Positions 22,561 to 28,898 of a stretch of DNA of 28,898 bases are shown in pieces. The stretch covers positions 1-28,898 of the IMG/VR virus record IMGVR_UViG_3300012663_000269. The stretch is one strand, 5' to 3'. This DNA is from a virus (taxonomy: Duplodnaviria; Caudoviricetes). The notes under the pieces were generated by a model. It saw only the letters and a list, made by a program, of their open reading frames with translations, ran no database searches and was not told the origin of the DNA. The translations under genes and the position numbers were made by a program. Position 1 is the first letter of the stretch. The number at the start of each line of letters is the position of its first letter.

Positions 22561-25110
22561 ATGGCTATTGAGAAAAGTTTGTACCAAGCCCCCATAGGCT
22601 TGGACTCGTTGGGCGCAGAGCCCGACATTGAGATTGAGATCGAGGACCCTGAGTCTGTACGCATCGGCATGGGGGACATCGAGATTGAGATCGAGAAGGG
22701 TAAGGAAGCAGATAGCTTTGATGACAACCTTGCAGAGTATATCGACGACGATGTGCTATCTAGTTTGGCGGCTGACTTAATAAGTGAGTTTGACGAAGAC
22801 ATTAGCTCACGCAAAGATTGGATGCAGACTTATGTAGACGGGCTTGATTTGTTGGGTATGAAGATTGAAGAGCGGGCGGAACCGTGGGAAGGCGCATGCG
22901 GTGTGTATCACCCGCTGTTGTCCGAGGCTTTGGTTAAGTTCCAAGCTGAGACGATCATGGAGACGTTCCCGGCGGCTGGTCCTGTTAAGACTCAGATCAT
23001 TGGTAAAGATACTCCTGAGAAAGCCGAAGCTGCGATTCGTGTGCGTGACGACATGAACTATCAGTTGACCGAGAAGATGGTTGAGTATCGTCCTGAGCAT
23101 GAGCGTATGTTGTGGGGCTTGGGCTTGTCCGGTAATGCGTTCAAGAAGGTGTACTTCGACCCAAGCTTAAATAGGCAAGTGTCTATCTTCGTGCCGGCTG
23201 AAGATTTGGTAGTACCGTATGGCGCTAGTAATTTAGAGACCGCTGAGCGTGTAACCCACGTGATGCGTAAAAGCGAGAATGAGCTACGTAAGCTACAAGT
23301 AGCGGGCTTCTACCGTGATGTCGATATGGAAGAGCCGACTAACACGATGGACGAGGTAGAGAAAAAGATCGCGGAGAAGATGGGCTTCCGCGCTACCACT
23401 GACGACCGCTATAAACTTCTTGAAATGCAAGTGTTCCTTGACCTAGAAGGGTTTGAGGACCGAGACGAGGACGACGAAGAGACCGGCATAGCACTGCCAT
23501 ACATTGTCACTATTGAGAAGGGTACACAAACAGTTTTGGCTATCCGCCGGAATTGGCATCCTGAGCCAGATAGGGACGAGAAGAAAGAACCAGAGATCGC
23601 CCCTAACGTCGTGCTTAAAGAGAAGCGCAGTCACTTCGTGCACTACGGGTACATCCCGGGCTTTGGCTTTTATTGTTTTGGTCTAATCCACCTGTTAGGT
23701 GCGTTTGCTAAGTCGGGTACATCCATACTTCGTCAGTTGGTTGACGCTGGTACGTTGGCTAACCTGCCGGGCGGCCTTAAGTCTAAAGGCATGCGTGTTA
23801 AGGGTGACGACACACCGATTAGTCCGGGTGAGTTCCGTGATGTGGACGTAGCTTCTGGCACGATCCGCGACAACATTCTACCTCTGCCATATAAAGAGCC
23901 AAGCCAAGTTTTACTTGCTCTGATGAATCAAATTGTAGAAGAAGGCCGTCGCTTTGCTTCTGCTGCCGATATGAAGGTATCGGATATGTCGGCTAACTCC
24001 CCAGTTGGTACGACGCTGGCAATTTTAGAGCGCACGCTAAAAGTAATGTCTGCGGTACAAGCCCGTATTCACTACTCGATGAAACAAGAGTTCCGGTTGT
24101 TGCGCGACATTATTCGTGACTACACTCCTGAGAGCTATACCTACGAGCCAGAAGAAGGCAGTCCTAAAGCTAAGCGGTCAGACTATGACATGGTGGAGGT
24201 CATCCCTGTCAGTGACCCTAACGCAGCAACGATGTCGCAGAAGGTTGTGCAGTATCAAGCAGTAATGCAGATGGCGCAGCAGGCTCCGCAGATTTATGAC
24301 CTGCCGGAATTGCATCGTCAGATGTTAGAAGTACTTGGTATTAAAAACATTGGCAAGCTCGTTCCTACTGAGGACGACGAGAAGCCTAAAGACCCCATCA
24401 GCGAGAACATGGCTATGCTTTCTGGCAAGCCTCTCAAAGCCTTTATCTATCAAGATCAGGAAGCGCATATCACTGCGCACATGGCTTTCTTGCAAGACCC
24501 AGCTACTGCTCAAATGATTGGTCAAAACCCAATGGCACAGCAGATGGCGGCATCTATGCAAGCACACGTAGCAGAACACTTTGGCTTTCTCTATCGACAA
24601 AAGATTGAGCAAGAACTTGGTGGCCCGTTGCCTAAGCCGGGTGAAGAAATGCCTGAAGAAGTTGAATTGCAAGTTTCTCGTTTGGTCGCCAAGGCTGCAA
24701 CACAGCTAACGCAGAAGAACCAGCAGCAAGCCGCTCAACAGCAGGCACAGCAACAACAGCAAGACCCAATCATCCAGATGCAAATGCAGGAACTTCAAAT
24801 CAAGGCGAAGGAAGCTGATACAAAAGATCAGAAGGCCCAAGCAGACGCTGCGCTCAGAACCGCACAACTTGAGTTGGAGAAAGAACGCATTGCTTCTACG
24901 GAACGTATCGTTGCCGCACAGATTGCTTCCAAAGAAGAGATCGAAGGCGCAAAGATTGGTGTTGATGTTGGCAAGCAGAAAGATGATCGCGAGCGTTTTG
25001 AGTTACAGCAAGAAGCTCAAGGTATCCAAATGGGTATGCAAATGGGTGAGAAGCTATTTGGGCAAAAACCAAAAGGCTCTTCCAATAAACCAGAACCAGA
25101 AGGTGAATGA
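22561..25110 (+). CDS. Portal protein with long Gln-rich C-terminal coiled coil
   Basis: 849 aa directly after TerL; G.AFKKVY motif and a Q-rich helical tail of the P22-barrel type. Confidence 0.85.
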   Translation: MAIEKSLYQAPIGLDSLGAEPDIEIEIEDPESVRIGMGDIEIEIEKGKEADSFDDNLAEYIDDDVLSSLAADLISEFDEDISSRKDWMQTYVDGLDLLGMKIEERAEPWEGACGVYHPLLSEALVKFQAETIMETFPAAGPVKTQIIGKDTPEKAEAAIRVRDDMNYQLTEKMVEYRPEHERMLWGLGLSGNAFKKVYFDPSLNRQVSIFVPAEDLVVPYGASNLETAERVTHVMRKSENELRKLQVAGFYRDVDMEEPTNTMDEVEKKIAEKMGFRATTDDRYKLLEMQVFLDLEGFEDRDEDDEETGIALPYIVTIEKGTQTVLAIRRNWHPEPDRDEKKEPEIAPNVVLKEKRSHFVHYGYIPGFGFYCFGLIHLLGAFAKSGTSILRQLVDAGTLANLPGGLKSKGMRVKGDDTPISPGEFRDVDVASGTIRDNILPLPYKEPSQVLLALMNQIVEEGRRFASAADMKVSDMSANSPVGTTLAILERTLKVMSAVQARIHYSMKQEFRLLRDIIRDYTPESYTYEPEEGSPKAKRSDYDMVEVIPVSDPNAATMSQKVVQYQAVMQMAQQAPQIYDLPELHRQMLEVLGIKNIGKLVPTEDDEKPKDPISENMAMLSGKPLKAFIYQDQEAHITAHMAFLQDPATAQMIGQNPMAQQMAASMQAHVAEHFGFLYRQKIEQELGGPLPKPGEEMPEEVELQVSRLVAKAATQLTQKNQQQAAQQQAQQQQQDPIIQMQMQELQIKAKEADTKDQKAQADAALRTAQLELEKERIASTERIVAAQIASKEEIEGAKIGVDVGKQKDDRERFELQQEAQGIQMGMQMGEKLFGQKPKGSSNKPEPEGE

Positions 25111-25301
25111 TGGACAAATTAATCGGGGTGTTACTTGATGAGATTCGTCGGAAGCAATCACAACTTGCTGAAGCCGTAGCCTCAGGTGCCGCTAAAGATT
25201 ACGCGCAGTATATGTACCTGTGCGGTGAGATACGAGGACTCACCGCAGTAGAGATGTACCTCCTCGACCTAGCAAAAAACATGGAGCAATCTGATGAGTG
25301 A
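25107..25301 (+). CDS. Small helical hypothetical protein
   Basis: Coupled to the portal stop; G.A.DYA.Y...CGEIRGL. Confidence 0.72.
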   Translation: MMDKLIGVLLDEIRRKQSQLAEAVASGAAKDYAQYMYLCGEIRGLTAVEMYLLDLAKNMEQSDE

Positions 25302-25695
25302 AATTGTAATCGCAACGGAAAACGGGGAAACGTCCGTTCTGCCCCAAACAGCAGAAGACAAGGCATCACAACTGCCAGAACCTGCCGGCTATCACATCCT
25401 GTTAGCAATTCCGGAACAAGAAGACAAGTATGAGAGTGGACTCATCAAAGCTGACGAAACTCGACGTTTTGAAGAAGTATTAGCTACCGTCTTTTTTGTT
25501 GTGAAGATGGGACCTGATTGTTACAAAGACGAAAAACGGTTCCCAAGTGGAGCTTGGTGTGAAGTAGGTGATTTTGTTTTATGTCGTCCTAATTCTGGCA
25601 CACGTCTAAAGATTCATGGGCGTGAATTCAGGTTGGTAAACGACGATTCAATCGAAGGTGTGGTTCAAGACCCACGTGGTATTTCAAGAGCCTAA
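25294..25695 (+). CDS. GroES-like co-chaperonin
   Basis: P.G..ILL, mobile loop ESGLI, VVKMGP, VGDFV and G.EFRLVNDDSIEGVV. Confidence 0.85.
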   Translation: MSEIVIATENGETSVLPQTAEDKASQLPEPAGYHILLAIPEQEDKYESGLIKADETRRFEEVLATVFFVVKMGPDCYKDEKRFPSGAWCEVGDFVLCRPNSGTRLKIHGREFRLVNDDSIEGVVQDPRGISRA

Positions 25696-25705
25696 GGAGG
25701 CACAA

Positions 25706-26665
25706 ATGACAGAGAACAAAATGGAAATGGCTGATTACGAATTTCCGGATGAAAAAGTTAGCAAAAAAGAAGCCCAATTAGACGATGATGATTTTGACTT
25801 AGAGATTGAAGATGACACCCCTACGGCGGATCGTGGGCGGGAACCTTTACCTAAAGACATCGTAGATGAGCTGGACAATGACGAGTTGGAAGAATACACC
25901 GACAAAGTTAAAGTCAAGATGAAGCAGATGAAGAAGGTTTGGCACGATGAGCGCCGCGAAAAAGAGCAAGCGCTACGCGAACAGCAGGAAGCGGTTACAT
26001 TTGCCCAAAAGATTCTGCAAGAGAACAAAGCCCTTAAAACCCGGATGCAAGATGCTGACCAGAATATGGTCTCTAGCTATAAAGTTGCCGCCGAGTTTGA
26101 ACTTGATGCCGCTAAGAAAGAGTACAAAGACGCTTATGACGCCGGCGACTCTGATAGAATGGTAGATGCGCAAGAAAAGTTAGCGAATGCTAACTACAAG
26201 CTACAAAAGATACGAGACTATCGCCCTGCCCCTGTACAAACACAGGAAAGTAGTGTAAATAGTGAACCTATTGAACCAGTAGTTCGTCCTGACCCAAAGG
26301 CAAGTGCGTGGCAAAAGCGCAATTCATGGTTCGGTGAGGACGAAGAAATGACCGCAGCCGCACTCGGCTTGCATGAAAAACTGGTCAAACAACATGGCAT
26401 GTCATATGCCACCACTGATGAGTATTACTCCCGCGTAGACGAAACTATGCGACGGCGCTTCCCCGAGTCATTCGAGGGGCAGGAATCAACGCAAGACAAG
26501 TCTTCGCGTACAAAACCATCTAATGTAGTTGCTCCTGCGACCCGCAGCACGTCCTCCAAAAAGATTGTGCTAAGAACGTCACAGCAAAATATCGCCAAAA
26601 AGCTTGGCCTTACTAATGAGCAATACGCCCGTGAAATGATGAGAATGGAGGCCAATAATGGCTGA
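25706..26665 (+). CDS. Putative capsid scaffolding protein
   Basis: ATG at 25706 follows AAGGAGG. Acidic N-terminus, long coiled coil and C-terminal AKKLGL.NEQYA; lies between portal and capsid. Confidence 0.7.
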   Translation: MTENKMEMADYEFPDEKVSKKEAQLDDDDFDLEIEDDTPTADRGREPLPKDIVDELDNDELEEYTDKVKVKMKQMKKVWHDERREKEQALREQQEAVTFAQKILQENKALKTRMQDADQNMVSSYKVAAEFELDAAKKEYKDAYDAGDSDRMVDAQEKLANANYKLQKIRDYRPAPVQTQESSVNSEPIEPVVRPDPKASAWQKRNSWFGEDEEMTAAALGLHEKLVKQHGMSYATTDEYYSRVDETMRRRFPESFEGQESTQDKSSRTKPSNVVAPATRSTSSKKIVLRTSQQNIAKKLGLTNEQYAREMMRMEANNG

Positions 26666-27107
26666 AAACAAAATGTCCCGAGAACTTGAAACCCGTGCAG
26701 TAAGTGAGCGTCCCAAGCAGTGGGCACCCGCCGAGCTTTTGCCTGAACCAGACAAGCAGCCAGGTTTTGCGTACAGATGGATTCGTACTTCGACACTGAA
26801 TAACCCTGATCCCCGTAACCTTTCGGCCAAACTTCGAGAGGGTTGGGAGCCGGTTAAGGCCGAAGAACAACCAAGATTTCAACTGCTAATTGATCCGGCA
26901 AGTCGCTTTAAGGACAACGTCGAGATCGGTGGATTGTTGCTCTGTAAAACCCCGATTGAGTTTGTAGAACAGCGTAATAGTCATTATGCTAATCAAACAC
27001 AAGCCCAAGCGCAGGCCGTGGACAACAGTTTAATGCGTGAAAACGACCCCCGGATGCCGCTCTTTTCTGAGCGTAAGTCCTCAACGTCGTTTGGTAAAGG
27101 ACGTTAA
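26658..27107 (+). CDS. Conserved head-module hypothetical protein
   Basis: GGAGG RBS; GFAYRWIR...EGWEPV...GGLLLCK. Confidence 0.75.
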   Translation: MAENKMSRELETRAVSERPKQWAPAELLPEPDKQPGFAYRWIRTSTLNNPDPRNLSAKLREGWEPVKAEEQPRFQLLIDPASRFKDNVEIGGLLLCKTPIEFVEQRNSHYANQTQAQAQAVDNSLMRENDPRMPLFSERKSSTSFGKGR

Positions 27108-27131
27108 CTTTTTATTAATTAGGAGCTCTAT

Positions 27132-27767
27132 ATGGCTTATCCGATTATTGCAGCCCCTTACGGGCTAAAGCCGATCAATTTGATCGGTGGTCAGGTTTTT
27201 GCCGGCGCAACCCGACAACTACCTATTGCTGCTTCGTACACCACTGCTATTTTTAATGGCAGCGTTGTTACGCTTGTAGCTGGTGGCACGATTGAGAATT
27301 CCCCACTTGCTGCTGACGCATCGCCTTTGGCTGGTGTTGTTGGTGTGTTCTTGGGTTGTTCGTATATCAATCCAAGCACCAAGCAACTGACGTTCTCACA
27401 ATACTGGCCCGGTGTTTCTGGCGCTACTAATATTGAAGCTTATATTACTGACGATCCAGACCAACTGTATCAAGCTGTTAACGTGGCTGGTACAACCGTA
27501 GACGATGTGACCTCTGGTCTGTTGCCTGCTTATTTGGGTCAAACAATGGTTGGTAGCAATGCCCGCTTGGTTTTGAACACTGGCTCAACAACTACTGGTA
27601 ATGCAAAAGTTGGTATTTATAGTGCCGCTGGTGCTACTACTACTTCACTGCCATTGCGTATTGTTGATGTGGTGCCTGACACCGCTAACTCGTCTGGTAA
27701 CTTCGTTGAGTTCATCGTCAAGCTGAACTTTGGCTACCATTCGTACTATAACGCCACCGGCATCTAA
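27132..27767 (+). CDS. Putative capsid decoration/cement protein
   Basis: AGGAG RBS; Gly/Ala/Thr-rich beta protein (GVFLGCSY, DDP) directly before the MCP. Confidence 0.6.
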   Translation: MAYPIIAAPYGLKPINLIGGQVFAGATRQLPIAASYTTAIFNGSVVTLVAGGTIENSPLAADASPLAGVVGVFLGCSYINPSTKQLTFSQYWPGVSGATNIEAYITDDPDQLYQAVNVAGTTVDDVTSGLLPAYLGQTMVGSNARLVLNTGSTTTGNAKVGIYSAAGATTTSLPLRIVDVVPDTANSSGNFVEFIVKLNFGYHSYYNATGI

Positions 27768-27778
27768 GGAGCTAAATC

Positions 27779-28693
27779 ATGGCTATTTCACGCGCACAAC
27801 TACTTAAAGAACTGCTCCCGGGCCTGAACGCTTTGTTTGGTCTGGAGTACGCTACTTACGGTCAACAACATAAAGAGATTTATGAGACCGAGACCTCCGA
27901 GCGTTCGTTCGAAGAGGAAACGAAGCTTTCCGGCTTTAACGCTGCTCCTGTCAAAAACGAGGGTTCTGCCATCGCTTATGACAACGCGCAAGAAGCATGG
28001 ACTGCTCGTTACCAACACGAAACCATCGCTTTGGGTTTCTCGCTGACCGAAGAGGCCATCGAAGACAACTTGTACGACAGTCTGTCTGCTCGTTATACCA
28101 AAGCTCTGGCTCGCGGTATGGCGTACACCAAGCAAGTTAAAGCTGCTAACACCCTGAACAACGGTTTCACCAATACTGCCGCTTATTACGGTGGTGATGG
28201 TGTGCCCCTGTTCTCGGCCTCGCATCCTTTGGTTTCTGGTGGCACCAACAGCAACATTCCATCTACCGCTGCTGACCTGAACGAGACTTCCCTTGAAGCC
28301 GCCGTTATTCAGATCGCCGCATGGACGGATGAGCGTGGTCTGCTGATCGCCGCTAAGCCTAAGAAGCTGATTGTTCCACCTGCATTGCAATTCGTCGCAA
28401 CCCGTCTGCTGGAAACCGAACTTCGCGTCGGTACCAATGACAACGACATCAATGCGATTAAGAACAACGGTTCTGTGTCGGGTGGCTACACGGTTAACAA
28501 CTTCCTGACCGATACGAACGCATGGTTCCTGACCACTGATGTTCCAAACGGCATGAAGCACTTTATCCGTTCGCCTATGACTACTGGCATGGATGGTGAT
28601 TTCGATACCGGCAACGTTCGTTATAAGGCTCGTGAGCGTTATTCGTTCGGCTGGTCTGATCCGCTTGGTATGTACGGTTCCGCTGGAGCATAA
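27779..28693 (+). CDS. Major capsid protein (HK97 fold, Mu gpT-like)
   Basis: AAGGAG RBS; K.EG..I.YD, ALGFSLTEEAIED, DGVPLFSASHP, PKKLIVPP and RERYSFG; followed by a terminator. Confidence 0.9.
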   Translation: MAISRAQLLKELLPGLNALFGLEYATYGQQHKEIYETETSERSFEEETKLSGFNAAPVKNEGSAIAYDNAQEAWTARYQHETIALGFSLTEEAIEDNLYDSLSARYTKALARGMAYTKQVKAANTLNNGFTNTAAYYGGDGVPLFSASHPLVSGGTNSNIPSTAADLNETSLEAAVIQIAAWTDERGLLIAAKPKKLIVPPALQFVATRLLETELRVGTNDNDINAIKNNGSVSGGYTVNNFLTDTNAWFLTTDVPNGMKHFIRSPMTTGMDGDFDTGNVRYKARERYSFGWSDPLGMYGSAGA

Positions 28694-28722
28694 GCCAAAA
28701 GCTAATGTTTATGCGGTATAAG

Positions 28723-28746
28723 AAGGGGGCTTCGGCTCCCTTTTTT
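28723..28746 (+). terminator. Intrinsic terminator after major capsid gene
   Basis: GGGGGC-TTCG-GCTCCC followed by T6. Confidence 0.9.
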
Positions 28747-28751
28747 ATTGC

Positions 28752-28780
28752 TTGTATTTTCTTTTTCTGTGGTGTATAAA
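28752..28780 (+). promoter_or_regulatory. Possible promoter
   Basis: TTGTAT-N17-TATAAA directly after the terminator. Confidence 0.4.
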
Positions 28781-28789
28781 GACGGTAAT

Positions 28790-28866
28790 ACCGGGGTATT
28801 CCGGTGCGCACGAATGGCCCCCGGCCTGTTACATGCATATCGGCGCACTTAACTCGCATGTGAGGA
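28790..28866 (+). ncRNA. Candidate kissing-loop/pseudoknotted leader RNA
   Basis: Two hairpins with complementary loops (GUGCGC/GCGCAC); the second stem overlaps the SD. Confidence 0.5.
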
Positions 28867-28875
28867 CAATCTATC

Positions 28876-28898
28876 ATGGCAGTTTCTACTACCCAAAG
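28876..28898 (+). CDS. 5' end of next (probably structural) gene, truncated
   Basis: GAGGA RBS, then MAVSTTQ. Confidence 0.55.

Noticed and set aside
22624-22695. Near-identical 21-bp repeat encoding DIEIEIE in the portal N-terminus
   Set aside because: Explained by low-complexity acidic protein sequence.
27800-28561. 253-aa antisense ORF over the capsid gene and other antisense ORFs (e.g. 13454..14095, 10726..11319, 595..1047)
   Set aside because: These are shadow frames produced by codon bias of real genes, with no motifs or RBS.

Overview
This window is a fragment of a tailed dsDNA phage genome. It is probably podovirus-like, and a Proteobacterial host is inferred from near-consensus sigma70 promoters and IHF sites. 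Two arms diverge from a control region at about 18.7-20.45 kb. The minus-strand arm starts with early/accessory genes: a TraR/DksA-type Zn finger, a MoxR-like AAA ATPase, a HExxH-peptidase/VWA protein, a DUF3150-like protein and many small ORFs. It continues with four HTH genes and a VRR-NUC nuclease, then the replication module: Leu762-type PolA, Cas4-like exonuclease, HNH-like protein, SNF2 helicase, SSB-like protein, an HTH and the start of a probable primase. The plus-strand arm carries the small and large terminase, portal, GroES-like co-chaperonin, scaffold, a decoration-like protein and the major capsid protein. The most striking unexplained feature is nine copies of a 24-bp palindrome (AAACTTCAYGTCGACRTGAAGTTT), confined to 13.2-20.2 kb. 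They sit at gene starts, bracket the main early promoter as an exact inverted pair, and bracket a stand-alone 196-aa gene. Other signals are a second dyad (TTGAC-N4-GTCAA) over the -35 elements, an origin-like region (GGAACA repeats, AT tract, two IHF sites), and three candidate structured RNAs, including a kissing-loop leader after the capsid gene. No integrase, tRNA or CRISPR array was seen. All family calls come from motif recognition, not from database searches.
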